Source: Eledone cirrhosa (lineage: Eukaryota). Taken from it: 64,000 bases of DNA. A model generated the notes under the pieces. The model did no database searches. It had not been told where the DNA came from and saw nothing but the letters and a program-made list of their open reading frames with translations. The position numbers and the translations under genes are program-made. Numbering within the stretch: the first letter of the stretch is position 1; each line of letters opens with the position of its first letter. Location of the stretch: the NCBI GenBank assembly GCA_964016885.1, contig OZ024741.1, positions 80,600,001-80,664,000 of the forward strand. Reading direction: 5' to 3'. This document shows positions 15,110 through 30,862 of the stretch, piece by piece.

Positions 15110-15650
15110 ACTGTTGTCATAATCATTTTATGTCACTTTCCATGTCAGCATGCATTGGTCAAGTTGTCACAATCTGAGTCAGTTCTTATTCAGAGCTACA
15201 GTACTCTAAGACAGGCCGGATGATCATGACTCACTTATACATTTCATATTTTGGCATGGTTTCTACTTCTGGATATCCTTCTCAATACCAACAACTTTAC
15301 AGTGTAGTACTGGGTGCATTTTATCATGGTACCATCACTAGAGTGATTGTCATGTCTTTAGCCAGGTTAAAGAGTCTTTCAACCTGACATTGCCTCACTG
15401 GTGCACCAACCACTGGGTGTTTTTTATTGTGGCATCAAACACTAGAGAATTTGTCATGCCCTCAGCCAGACTAACAGCTTGACCTGTTTATTCACCAACC
15501 ACTTTACAGAGTGTATTGAGTACATTTTACCATGACACCACCATGAGAGAGGTTGTTATGTCATCAGCAAGACTAAAGAGTCTTCTCAACCGTTTGTTGT
15601 CTCTGCTTCACCAACTACTTTATAGAGTGCATTGAGTACATTTTATGCAT
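15110..15650 (-). mobile_element. Old RTE 3'-UTR-like relic with diverged ~100-bp repeats
   Basis: TTTCCATG..GCATG and GGAT..CCTT..AAT.CCAAC.ACTTTACAG motifs as in RTE tails; CCAACCACTTTACAGAGTG-like motif recurs. Confidence 0.5.
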
Positions 15651-15890
15651 TGGAATAGAATTTTGGAGAAAGAGAACCATATCTTTTAATGTTAATATCT
15701 TTTTGAAGGGTATTAGTGAAATGAATAACTTTGAGAATTGAAACAAACTTGCAGTCTTTGCTTGTTGTTTAATTCTTGTTTTACAGCTATTAGATTTAGT
15801 GTTTAGAAATAAAATCTTTTGGTAAACTACATTGTTGACTTTCTTCCTGACAATATGGAATTTTCTACCATGAGGGAAATACAGTAATTT

Positions 15891-16206
15891 TTAACCCTTC
15901 TAATACCAACCCATCACAAACTGCTTCTGGTTCTATGAAACAAAATCCCACATTTTAAAGGGTTCCTATTTAAATTAATAGTTTCAAACATAATTTGATA
16001 TAAGAACTTGTTTTTACATTGTTACAAATACATTCTAAATAATTTAATAAATCCCATCTCAATTTGTCATTAATTCATTCAAATACTGTGTATTTCATTA
16101 TATGTACTATACATGCACCTTTGACAAGTTGTAGTGCACCTGAGCACTTTACACAATAATTTCATTATTATTATTATTATTATCAATATATGAATGAAAG
16201 GGTTAA
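15891..16206. mobile_element. piggyBac-like MITE
   Basis: TTAA-CCCTT...AAGGG-TTAA ends. Confidence 0.6.
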
Positions 16207-16285
16207 AAGAGTTATAACTTTTAAAAATAATTTGATGGAGACTTCTCAATTTAGCTCATATTTGATTTGATGAACATCTATGTTT

Positions 16286-16519
16286 AATGGTTCCCAAACT
16301 TATTTTGTTACATAACCCTTATACGATTTTCCAAAAATTGCAGAATCCATACTTATATTTCATGGACAATCCCTGCCACCCTAATTTTAATAAGGCATTA
16401 AATGAAACAGAAATTATTGTAGAGAATTTATTCATATAAAAAAATAAATAAAAATAATGAATTTTATTAGATTTTATTAAAGACATGTTATTTTGTGGAA
16501 CCCACTTTGGGAAACACTG
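16286..16519. mobile_element. hAT/Charlie-like MITE
   Basis: Imperfect TIRs TAATGGTTCCCAAA ... TTTGGGAAACACTG. Confidence 0.55.
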
Positions 16520-17096
16520 GTTAGTGCTTTTTTGGAATTAAAGGGAAATAATTGTTTCTACTTTAGGCACAAGGCCAGCAATTACCCAGTGCATTAGGGA
16601 AATAATATCAACTTCATTCATTTCTTCTTCATTTATGACATTAATAATGTTTTATAAACCAAAACAATGAGTGCTTGTTCACATCATCCTTTTATATGGT
16701 TGTGGGATATGGTTAATGAGAGTGACTGTCTTATACAAGCTGGAAGTATTTGACCACTTATGCCTTAGTCAGATCCTTCATATTTGCACATTGAATTTTG
16801 CATCAATTTCTTAAGTTTATTGCTGTTACTGAATCGATTCTCTTCAACAACTTCTCAAAAAGTGACTCCATTGCTTTGGTCATGCACTTTGTCAACCTTG
16901 AGGTGAACTCATCTACAATGCAGTCGCTCCAAAACTCCTCCTGGGATAGTGAAAATGTTGTAGTGGATAGCTGAAAATGTTGATTAACATGATGGATTCA
17001 GATCTTGAACTAATATCTGGTCTTCACATATATGGTTTCCACTGTTGGAACTGTGACTGGGTGACAGTATCCACATGAAGCATCTGTAATTGCCAT

Positions 17097-17265
17097 GCAT
17101 GGATAACCTTTGTTCATGATGCTGTGTAGTCACTGGTTGGAGCCAGCTGAAGGCATGAGCAACCTTTGTTTACAATGCTGTGTAATCACTGATTGGAGAC
17201 AGCTCAACTGCATAGGTAGCCTTTGTTCACGATACTGTACAATCACTGGTTGGTGCTAGCTCAAT
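17097..17265. repeat. Minisatellite, ~56 bp x3
   Basis: CCTTTGTT.A..AT.CTGT..A.TCACTG.TTGG repeated. Confidence 0.75.
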
Positions 17266-17396
17266 CCATCTTAGAGGAATACTGTCATAAGTACATGTAC
17301 AAACCAAAATATGAAAATACTTTAAAATTCTCTGTTATATTTTATATCTAGTGTTAGATGCAATTCAGGCAAAATGGTTCTGGAAATCACACTATT

Positions 17397-17585
17397 TAAA
17401 CTCTTTTGATACCAAACTACCTAAAACTGCCCTGGTTTTATAATACATGTCTGCTAATTTTATTTAAGACAATTTACTATTGAAAAGGTAAGCTTAGCTA
17501 TCATATTAGATTCTTCAAATTTTGAAGAGTAATTAATGCACATAGGCAATGTATTTCATTAGAAATGTGGTAACAAAAGGGTTAA
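17397..17585. mobile_element. piggyBac-like MITE
   Basis: TTAAACTCTTTTGATACC ... GGTAACAAAAGGGTTAA. Confidence 0.62.
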
Positions 17586-18472
17586 AATCTATCATGAGAC
17601 TGGACTTTGTTTTACTTATTCTATTACTAACTGCACAACAATAATATTGTGAATCTGTATTTTAGATAGTATGCTTCTTGTTTGATTAAAAAAGTCACTC
17701 AAATAGATTTGAAATTTAAACTTTGTTGTGCATGGAAGTTACTAACTGTTATAACCAATTGATTCTGTTTGGGCTTGAAAATAATTTACGTCTTTGAATC
17801 TCGTGTGTGTTTATTTAATAATTTATAAAATTGGTAATTTCAAAGATTTATTACGTTAGGAATCATTATTTTGTTTCATGAAAGTTTTGTATAAATATGA
17901 ATATATTATTTTTTCATAGTTATTAAAATTTTAAATTTTGGTATTGATTTATATTTATTCATTATGAAATCAATATGTTAGTTATTTTTTAAATTTTATA
18001 AGTAATTTTATTTGTATTTTTAAAAATTATCTAATATAACCTGTGGAATATATTTTGCTTGGAAACAAGTTAAACAGAAAACAAGACAAAATTAAAATTG
18101 ACTTAAGAAGATAAGGCCTCACTTATTCAAGCATTGTGCTGTGTTGTTGGATGAGATATTTAGTTTTATAGACAATAATCTCCTAGGCTACAATCTAAAT
18201 TTTAAAATAACTTTGTAAAGATGAGTTTTGTAAAGAAGTAGAGATATGACTCACCAGAAATAGTCTTTCAATTGAGTTAATTAGGAAAGATGAAAGATTG
18301 TGTGTAAACCACAATCTTAAGTGTATATTCTCTTAAATTTAAGCTTGAATACTTAAGTGTAACAAGATGCAGTGACCTTTCAAAGGCCATTCTATAAATA
18401 ACTGTAGAGGCTGAGGCTGAGGAGAAGCAAAGGAAAAAATGGACAGAGAATGTCTGGCACATAGCCATAACA

Positions 18473-18790
18473 GATGGTTCTTGGGTAGAAGGCTTAATCT
18501 GTCGCCTGGTTATTGGGTGGAAGACTTAATCTGTTGGCTGGTTCTTGGGTGGAAGACTTAATCTGTTGGCTGGTTCTTGGGTGGAAGACTTAATCTGTTG
18601 CCTGATTCTTCAGTGGTAGACATAATCTGTCGCCTGGTTCTTGGATGGTAGACTTAATCTGGCACCTGGTTCTTGGGTGGAAGACTTAATCTGTCACCTG
18701 GTTCTTGGGTGGAAGACTTAATCTGTCACCTGGTCATTGGGTGGCAGACTTAACCCATCAACTGGTTCTTGGGTGGCAGACTTAAATCCA
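18473..18790. repeat. 32-bp minisatellite, ~10 copies
   Basis: Unit CTGGTTCTTGGGTGGAAGACTTAATCTGTCGC and variants. Confidence 0.9.
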
Positions 18791-19066
18791 TAGCCCAGTT
18801 TAGCACTGTCACCTAATCCCTGTGTGTCTTTTGCAGAGTCCATTTTGATGTAAGCATTCAAGCTAATTCTCTGGTTTGAAGACACCTTCTCTCCCACACC
18901 ATCAGTCGTTGAGGCCCCAAAAAGGATCCTGCAAATTAGTTTTAAAAATATCTACTGATTATACTAGTGGGGTATATGAAATGTTTCCATCATCTTGTGC
19001 TTCTTGTTCCAAGGTTATTTTAGTATATTAAAAAGAAATTTTAGATTAATTGATTTTGTTTCTTTT

Positions 19067-19119
<53 letters not shown>

Positions 19120-19122
<3 letters not shown>

Positions 19123-19331
19123 GTGGATTGGCAGAATTGATATGTTGGATAAAATGCCATTGCAATATTTGTTGTGGCTCTTTATATTCTGAGTTCAAGT
19201 CCAACTGAGGTCAACTTTGCCTTTCATCCTTCCAAAGTTGATAAAATAAAGTACCAGTCAAGTACTGGGGTTGATTTAATCAACTCTGCTTTTCTTCCAA
19301 ATTTTCTGACCTTGTGTCTAAATTAGAAATT
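19120..19331 (+). mobile_element. Nin/Deu-like tRNA SINE
   Basis: GGTGGATTGGCAG head, GAGTTCAAGTCC B-box, GCCTTTCATCCTTCC...GATAAAATAAAGTACCAG. Confidence 0.7.
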
Positions 19332-19452
19332 TATATATATGTATATATTAGAAAAATGTTTTCAACTATATTATTATTAAAGATAGCCTCCTTAAAGATA
19401 TGGAGGACTGAACACACCTACACCTTCATACATACACACACGGACATAAAAA

Positions 19453-19660
19453 AGCCATCCTACCTATTGGTTCATGAAGGTTTCTAAGCAGAATCTAGTG
19501 TTCAGAAATGGATGTGGAGTAGAAGAGGGAAGAGTAAATATGGAAATAGTGATTGAATAAGCCCTCTATTATTTCCATTTTTATTCTTACTCCTACTTCA
19601 CATCCATTGATGAACACTAGTGTCCACTTGGATAACTGCATAAAACAATGCTAGGATTTG
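19453..19660. repeat. Long imperfect palindrome (MITE-like fold-back)
   Basis: CTAGTGTTCAGAAATGGATGTGGAGTAG pairs with CTACTTCACATCCATTGATGAACACTAG; inner ATGGAAATAGT/ATTATTTCCAT. Confidence 0.7.
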
Positions 19661-19757
19661 AAATATACAGTTACCTATACACACACACGAACATGCATAC
19701 ACATATAGTACCAGACACTACACAATTTTCCCCACAAGTGTCAACTGAGTATATTGA

Positions 19758-19805
<48 letters not shown>

Positions 19806-19880
19806 TTGGGTGTAGTAAAAACCAGCTAGGCCATAACCCACCATAGTACTCAATACCTGTGGTAGTAGAGAGGGTAATAT

Positions 19881-19994
19881 GAAAAGATTCAGGACCCTCA
19901 TGGCTGAGCTTTGGCCGTTTCGACAGCTAGATCTGAGTTCGGATCTAGCTGTCAAAACGGCCGGAGCTCAGCCGTTGGGGTCCAGAATCTTTTC
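19881..19994 (+). repeat. 114-nt GC-rich near-perfect hairpin
   Basis: GAAAAGATTC...CAGCTAGATCTGA-GT-TCGGATCTAGCTG...GAATCTTTTC. Confidence 0.85.
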
Positions 19995-19997
19995 TTT

Positions 19998-20056
<59 letters not shown>

Positions 20057-20194
20057 GAGAGAAAGGCACATAATAAATTATGTCAGATAATGTGCCTTTC
20101 TCTCATTGCTATGATTTATAAAGAGCTCGGCTTCTCTTCCTCGAACACCCCGGATCATAGTGGATTATTGTGAATTTTTAACTCTATCTTTTGA

Positions 20195-22161
20195 TATATA
20201 TATATATGTATGTATGTATGTATATGCATGTATATATATATATGTATGTATATGCATGTATATGTATGTATATGCATGTATATGTATGTATATGCATGTA
20301 TATGCATGTATATGTATGTATATGCATGTATATGCATGTATATGTATGTATATACATGTATATGCATGTATATATATATATATGCATGTATGTATATGCA
20401 TGTATATATATATATATATATGCATGTATATGTATGTATATGCATGTATATATATATATATGCATGTATATATATACATATGTATGTATATATATGTATG
20501 TATATGTATGTATGTATGTATATGCATGTATATATATATGTATGTATATGCATGTATATATATATGTATGTATATGCATGTATATATATATGTATGTATG
20601 TATATGTATGTATGTATGTATATGCATGTATATATATATGTATGTATATGCATGTATATATATATGTATCTATATGCATGTATATGTATGTATATGCATG
20701 TATATGTATGTATATGCATGTATATGTATGTATATGCATGTATATATATATATATGTATGTATATGCATGTATATGTATGTATATGCATGTATATGTATG
20801 TATATGCATGTATATGTATGTATATGCATGTATATATATGTATGTATATGCATGTATATGTATGTATATGCATGTATATATATGTATGTATATGCATGTA
20901 TATGTATGTATATGTATGTATATGCATGTATATATATGTATGTATATGCATGTATATGTATGTATATGTATATGCATGTATATGTATGTATATGCATGTA
21001 TATATATGTATATGCATGTATATGTATGTATATGTATGTATATGCATGTATATATATATATATGCATGTATATATATATATATGCATGTATATATATATA
21101 TATGCATGTATATATATATATATATGTATGTATATGCATGTATATATATATATATATATGTATGTATATGCATGTATATATATATATATATATGTATGTA
21201 TATGCATGTATATATATATATATGTATGTATATGCATGTATATATATATATATGTATGTATATGCATGTATATATATATATATGTATGTATATGCATGTA
21301 TATATATATATATATGTATGTATATGCATGTATATATATATATATGTATGTATATGCATGTATATATATATATGTATGTATATGCATGTATATATATATA
21401 TGTATGTATATGCATGTATATATATATATGTATGTATATGCATGTATATATATATATGTATGTATATGCATGTATATATATATATGTATGTATATGCATG
21501 TATATATATATATGTATGTATATGCATGTATATATATATATGTATGTATATGCATGTATATATATATATATATGTATGTATATGCATGTATATATATATA
21601 TATATGTATGTATATGCATGTATATATATATATATATGTATGTATATGCATGTATATATATATATATATGTATGTATATGCATGTATATATATATATGTA
21701 TGTATATGCATGTATATATATATATGTATGTATATGCATGTATATATATATATGTATGTATATGCATGTATATATATATATGTATGTATATGCATGTATA
21801 TATATATATGTATGTATATGCATGTATATATATATATGTATGTATATGCATGTATATATATATATGTATGTATATGCATGTATATATATATATATATGTA
21901 TGTATATGCATGTATATATATATATGTATGTATATGCATGTATATATATATATGTATGTATATGCATGTATATATATATATATGTATGTATATATATATA
22001 TATGTATGTATATATATATATATATATATGCATGTATATATATATATATGTATGTATATATATATATATATGTATGTATATATATATATATATATGTATG
22101 TATATGCATGTATATATATATATATGTATGTATATATATATATATGTATGTATATGCATGT

Positions 22162-22197
<36 letters not shown>

Positions 22198-22606
22198 GCA
22201 TGTATATATATATATATGTATGTATATATATATATATGTATGTATATGCATGTATATATATATATATGTATGTATATGCATGTATATATATATATATGTA
22301 TGTATATGCATGTATATATATATATGTATGTATATGCATGTATATATATATATATATGTATGTATATGCATGTATATATATATATATATGTATGTATATG
22401 CATGTATATATATATATGTATGTATATGCATGTATATATATATATGTATGTATATGCATGTATATATATATATATGTATGTATATGCATGTATATATATA
22501 TATATGTATGTATATGCATGTATATATATATATATGTATGTATATGCATGTATATATATATATATGTATGTATATGCATGTATATATATATATGTATGTA
22601 TATGCA
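20195..22606. repeat. Compound satellite (TA)n-TGTATGTATATGCATG
   Basis: Directly visible; the same unit resumes at 23302-23757. Confidence 0.95.
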
Positions 22607-23301
22607 TGAACGGCAAAGCATAAACGAACTAAGGAAAAAATTAGAGATAAGAGGGATCAGATGTTGTTTACTCGAGAGAAGGCTACGTTGGTATGGACAC
22701 GTGATGCGCATGAAAGTCGATAGCTGTATAACAAAGTGCAGGGCAATAAAGATAGACGGTAGTCACGGAATAGGCAGACCTAGAAAAACCTGGGACGAGC
22801 TGATAAACTCCGACATCACACACTTACCCCTCTCCAAGACAATGTCACTGAACCGAGAACTTTGGCGGTACTCAGTAACAGAGAAGACCCGCCTTACTTA
22901 AATATATAGTAAAACCTACTCCAGCCAGTAGGCATCTCTAACAAAATACACCCCGTCCCACCACCACCACCCCCACCCCATCCACACCACCCCGTTCTAT
23001 GTAAGGTTATGTTGGTGCCGCGCCATCCAGGCCGAAACAAATGAGATCGTGTAGGTGTCACGACAAAAAAACACAGTCCACGCTGTAATGTGGCCGTGTA
23101 GGCAACACGGTAAAAACCTCCCAGACCCACACTGTAAATGTGGTTGGTGTTAGGAAGGGCATCCAACTGTAGAAAACCTGCCAGACAGTCCTATGCGAGC
23201 AAGACAATCACTCTTGCCTCAAGTGGGACTACCCCCGTCCAAACCCATGCAAGCGTGGAACACGGACGTTAAACGTTGATGATGATGATGATGATGATGA
23301 T
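22607..23301 (+). mobile_element. RTE family B 3' fragment
   Basis: [16 protein letters not shown]...[10 protein letters not shown]...EKTRLT stop, 3' UTR, (GAT)n. Confidence 0.92.
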
Positions 23302-23757
23302 ATGCATGTATATGTATATATGTATGTATATGCATGTATATATATATATGTATGTATATGCATGTATATATATATGTATGTATATGCATGTATATATATA
23401 TGTATGTATATGCATGTATATATATATGTATGTATATGCATGTATATATGTATATGCATGTATATATGTATATGCATGTATATATGTATATGCATGTATA
23501 TATGTATATGTATGTATATATGTATATGTATGTATATATGTATATGTATGTATATATGTATATGTATGTATATATGTATATGTATGTATATATGTATATG
23601 TATGTATATATGTATATGTATGTATATATGTATATGTATGTATATATATATATATGTATGTATATATATATATGTATGTATATATATATATATGTATGTA
23701 TATATATATATATGTATGTATATATATATATATGTATGTATATGTATATATATGTAT

Positions 23758-25926
23758 AAGTGTGTACTTAATGATGAAGGTGTACTTGCCATCACCGACG
23801 CTGATAAGAAGGTAGCTTGGAAGTGTCACTATGAAAGGCTACTAAATGAGAATAAATGGGAGAAAGACAGTCTCCCCCACATCGACCCAATAGAGGGACC
23901 AGCAGTGTTTGTCGAGGGTAGTATAATAAGTTAGGCAATCAAGGATATCAAGATGGGTAAGGCAGCTGGGCCTTCGGAAATAGTTGCTGAGATGCTGAAG
24001 GCATCTGGCACGGTGGGACACACCATGGTCACCTGGATAGTTAACCAAGTCGTACAGAATGGGGTTGTTCCGAAGGACTGGCGTAGCAGCATCATCGTTA
24101 ACTGTTATAAGGGTAAAGGAGATGCCCTAGATAGGAGTAACTATAGAGGCATTAAATTAATCGACCAGGTCATGAAGGTCACGGAAAAAGTAATAGCGCA
24201 ACTAATCAGAGAGAGAATTGACCTAGATGAAATGCAGTTCGGGTTTGTGTCAGGAAAAAGTACCACAGACGCTCTTTTCATTGTACGACAACTACAGGAG
24301 AAGTACCTAGCTAAAAGTAAACCCCTCTACTTAGCTTTTGTCGACTTGGAGAAAGCCTTCGACAGAGTCCCCCGTTCCATTATCTGGTGGGCCCTTAGAA
24401 AACTAGGTGTCGACGAATGGCTTGTGAGAGCTATACAAGCCATGTATAAAGAAACAGTCAGCAAGGTTAGAATTAACAACGAATATAGTGAAGAGTTTAG
24501 CGTAAAAGTTGGCGTCCATCAGGGCTCTGTTCTCAGCCCCCTACTATTTATTATTGCCCTTCAGGCTATAACAGAGGAGTTCAAGACTGGCTGCCCATGG
24601 GAACTCCTATACGCAGACGACCTAACACTCATAGCTGAATCAATGGCCGAGCTAGAGAAGAAATTCAAAACATGGAAGCACGGCCTAGAATCAAAAGGCC
24701 TTAAAATTAATCTGGCTAAGACCAAAGTTCTAGTTTGTAGGAAAGAAAATAAAGCGCCGGTCCCTTTCGGGAAGTGGCCATGCTCAGTGTGTAGGAAAGG
24801 CGTAGGTAGAAACTCCATATTGTGTCAGAAATGCAAAGTATGGGTGCATAAAAGATGTAGTGGGATCACAGGTAAGCTAACTAAGAACATAGATTTCACA
24901 TGTGGCCGGTGCTCTGGTGCAATAAGTAGCAGCAAGTGCCCACAAAATACTAGCTCTTTCAACTGCGCAGAGGGCTCTATAGAAATAGTGGACAGCTTCC
25001 GTTACCTGGGTGACAAAATCAGCAGTGGGGGAGGGTGCTCTGAAAGTACAGTAGCTAGAGTCAGAACTGGATGGAAAAAGTTCAGAGAGCTTATACCACT
25101 ATTAGCCGCTAAAGGGTTCTCCCTAAAAATGAAAGGTTGTATGATGCCTGCATACGAACAGCAATGTTGCATGGCAGTGAGACCTGGGCATTGTGTGCAG
25201 AGGATATACGCAGACTAGAGAGGAACGAAGCTTGCATGCTCCGCTGGATGTGTAATAGTAATATACGTGAACGGCAAAGCATAAACGAACTAAGGAAAAA
25301 ATTAGAAATAAGAGGGATCAGATGTTGTTTACTCGAGAGAAGGCTACGTTGGTATGGACACGTGATGCGCATGAAAGTCGATAGCTGTATAACAAAGTGC
25401 AGGGCAATAAAGATAGACGGTAGCCACGGAATAGGCAGACCTAGAAAAACCTGGGACGAGCTGATAAACTCCGACCTCACACACTTACACCTCTCCAAGA
25501 CAATGTCACTGGACCGAGACCTTTGGCGGTACTCAGTAATAGAGAAGACCCGCCTTACCTAAATACAAAGTAAAACCTACTACAGTCAGTAGGCATCTCT
25601 AACAAAACTCACCCCCGTCTCACCGCCCCTTTCAATGTAAAGTTATGTTGGTGCCACAACATCCAGGCCGAAACAAATGAGATCGTGTAGGTGTCACGAC
25701 AAAAAACACAGTCCACGCTGTAATGTGGCCGTGTAGGCAACACGGTAAAAACCTCCCAGCCCCACACTGTAAATGTGGTTGGTGTTAGGAAGGGCATGCA
25801 GCTGTAGAAACCCCGCCAGACAGTCCTATGCGAGCAAGACAAACACTCTTGCCTCAAGTGGGAAAACCCCGTCCAAACGCATGCAAGCGTGGAACACAGA
25901 CGTTAAACGTTGATGATGATGATGAT
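23758..25926 (+). mobile_element. 5'-truncated RTE family B LINE with full RT domain and PHD insert; frameshift near 25137
   Basis: GKAAGPSEI, NYRGIKL, QFGF..GKST, FVDLEKAFD, QGSVLSP, YADD, C4HC3 finger, YLG; (GAT)n tail. Confidence 0.93.
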
Positions 25927-27441
<1,515 letters not shown>

Positions 27442-27936
27442 CAGTAGGCATCTCTAACAAAATACACCCCGTCCCACCACCACCACCCCCACCCCATCCA
27501 CACCACCCCGTCCTATGTAAAGTTATGTTGGTGCCGCGCCATCCGGGCCGAAACAAATGAGATCGTGTAGGTGTCACGACAAAAAAACACACAGTCCACG
27601 CTGTAATGTGGCCGTGTAGGCAACACGGTAAAAACCTCCCAGACCCACACTGTAAATGTGGTTGGTGTTAGGAAGGGCATCCAACTGTAGAAAACCTGCC
27701 AGACAGTCCTATGCGAGCAAGACAATCACTCTTGCCTCAAGTGGGACTACCCCCGTCCAAACCCATGCAAGCGTGGAACACGGACGTTAAACGTTGATGA
27801 TGATGATGATGACACACGCCAGACAGTCCTATGCGAGCAAGACAACCACTCTTGCCTCAAGTGGGAAAACCCCTGTCCAAACCCATGCAAGTGTGGAACA
27901 GGGACGTTAAACGATGATGATGATGATGATGATGAT
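27442..27936 (+). mobile_element. RTE family B 3' UTR (27442-27811) followed by a second terminal ~120 nt (27817-27936)
   Basis: Two consecutive GCCAGACAGTCCTATGCGAG...(GAT)n ends with subfamily differences (GGGACTACCCC vs GGGAAAACCCC). Confidence 0.88.
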
Positions 27937-28127
27937 ATGTATGTATGTATGTATATATGTATGTATATATATATATGTGTGTATATATGTATGTATGTAT
28001 GTATGTATATATATATATATATATATATGTATATGTATGTATGTATGTATATATATATATATATGTGTATATGTATGTATGTATGTATATATATATATAT
28101 ATGTGTATATGTATGTATGTGTGTATG

Positions 28128-28280
<153 letters not shown>

Positions 28281-28588
28281 ATATATATATATATATGTAT
28301 GTGTATATATATATATATATATGTGTGTATATATATATATATATGTATGTGTGTGTATATGTATATATATATATATGTATGTGTGTATATATATATATAT
28401 ATGTATGTGTGTGTATATGTATATATATATATATATGTATGTGTGTGTATATGTATATATATATATATATGTATGTGTGTGTATATATATATATATATGT
28501 ATCTGTGTGTATATGTATATATATATATATATGTATGTGTGTGTATATATATATATATATATGTATGTGTGTATATATATATATATAT

Positions 28589-28635
<47 letters not shown>

Positions 28636-28636
<1 letters not shown>

Positions 28637-29823
28637 CATCATCATCATCAACGTTTAACGTCCGTGTTCCACGCTTGCATGGGTTTGGACGGGGGTAGTC
28701 CCACTTGAGGGAAGAGTGATTGTCTTGCTCGCATAGAACTGTCTGGCAGGTTTTCTACAGTTGGATGCCCTTCCTAACACCAACCACATTTACAGTGTGG
28801 GTCTGGGAGGTTTTTACCGTGTTGCCTACACGGCCACATTACAGCGTGGACTGTGTGTTTTTTTTGTCGTGACACCTACACGATCTCATTTGTTTCGGCC
28901 TGGATGGTGTGGCACCAACATAACTTTACATAGAAGGGGGCGGTGTGGATGGTGTGGGGGTGTTTGGACGGGGGTGTATTTTGTTAGAGATGCCTACTGG
29001 CTTTAGTAGGTTTTACTATGTATTTAGGTAAGGCGGGTCTTCTCTGTTACTGAGTACCGCCTCCAGTGACATTGTCTTGGAGAGGTGTAAGTGTGTGAGG
29101 TCGGAGTTTATCAGCTCGTCCCAGGTTTTTCTAGGTCTGCCTATTCCGTGGCTGCCGTCTATCTTTATTGCCCTGCACTTTGTTATACAGCTATCGACTT
29201 TCATGCGCATCACGTGTCCATACCAACGTAGCCTTCTCTCGAGTAAACAACATCTGATCCCTCTTATTTCTAATTTTTTCCTTAGTTCGTTTATGCTTTG
29301 CCGTTCATATATATTACTGTTACACATCCAGCGGAGCATGCAAGCTTCGTTCCTCTCTAGTCTGCGTATATCCTCTGCACACAATGCCCATGTAACATTG
29401 CTGTTCGTATGCAGGCATCATACAACCTGCCTTTCATTTTTAGGGAGAACCCTTTAGCAGCTAATAGTGGTATAAGCTCTCTGAACTTTTTCCATCCAGT
29501 TCTGACTCTAGCTACTGTACTTTCTGAGCACCCGCCCCCACTGCTGATTTCGTCACCCAGGTAACAGAAGGTGTCCACTATTTCTATAGAGCCCTCTCCG
29601 CAGTTGTAAGAGCTAGTATTTTTTGGGCACTTGCTGCTACTTATTGCACCAGAGCACCGGCCACATGTAAAATCTATGTTCTTAGTTAGCTTACCTGTGA
29701 TCCCACTACTTCTTTTATGCACCCATACTATGCATTTGGTACATAAAATGGAGTTTCTACCTACGCCCTTCCTACACACTGAGCATGGCCACTTCCCGAA
29801 AGGGACCGCCGCCTTATTTTCTT
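28636..29823 (-). mobile_element. 5'-truncated RTE family B copy with small deletions
   Basis: (CAT)n at left; minus-strand ORFs 29016-29384 and 29357-29779 match family B. Confidence 0.92.
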
Positions 29824-29855
29824 ATATATGTATGTGTGTATATATATATATATAT

Positions 29856-29887
<32 letters not shown>

Positions 29888-29949
29888 TTATATGTAGGTG
29901 TGTATATATATATATATATATATATGTGTGTATATATATATATATATAT

Positions 29950-30110
<161 letters not shown>

Positions 30111-30111
30111 T

Positions 30112-30237
<126 letters not shown>

Positions 30238-30278
30238 ATATATATACATATATATACACATATATATATATACACACA

Positions 30279-30436
30279 GGTGTTAGGAAGGGCATCCAAC
30301 TGTAGAAAACCCGCCAGAGAGTCCTATGCGAGCAAGACAACCACTCTTGCCTCAAGTGGGAAAACCCCCGTCCAAACCCATGCAAGCGTGGAACACGGAC
30401 GCTAAACCTGATGATGATGATGATGATGATGATGAT
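30279..30436 (+). mobile_element. RTE family B extreme 3' end
   Basis: GGTGTTAGGAAGGGCATCC...(GAT)n. Confidence 0.88.
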
Positions 30437-30486
30437 ATATATGTATGTGTGTATATATATATATGTGTATATATATATATATATAT

Positions 30487-30528
<42 letters not shown>

Positions 30529-30579
30529 ATATATATATATATATATGTGTGTGTATATATACATATATATGTGTGTGTG

Positions 30580-30788
<209 letters not shown>

Positions 30789-30801
30789 ATATATATATAT
30801 A

Positions 30802-30862
<61 letters not shown>

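Noticed and set aside
18473-18790. 32-bp repeats as a CRISPR array or coding repeat
   Set aside because: Head-to-tail units with no unique spacers, no cas genes, eukaryotic context, unit not a multiple of 3
18254-18929. Possible minus-strand exon (TTTGCAG acceptor near 18930, GTGAGT donor near 18253)
   Set aside because: About 70 open codons with no recognisable homology, and the frame closes in the minisatellite
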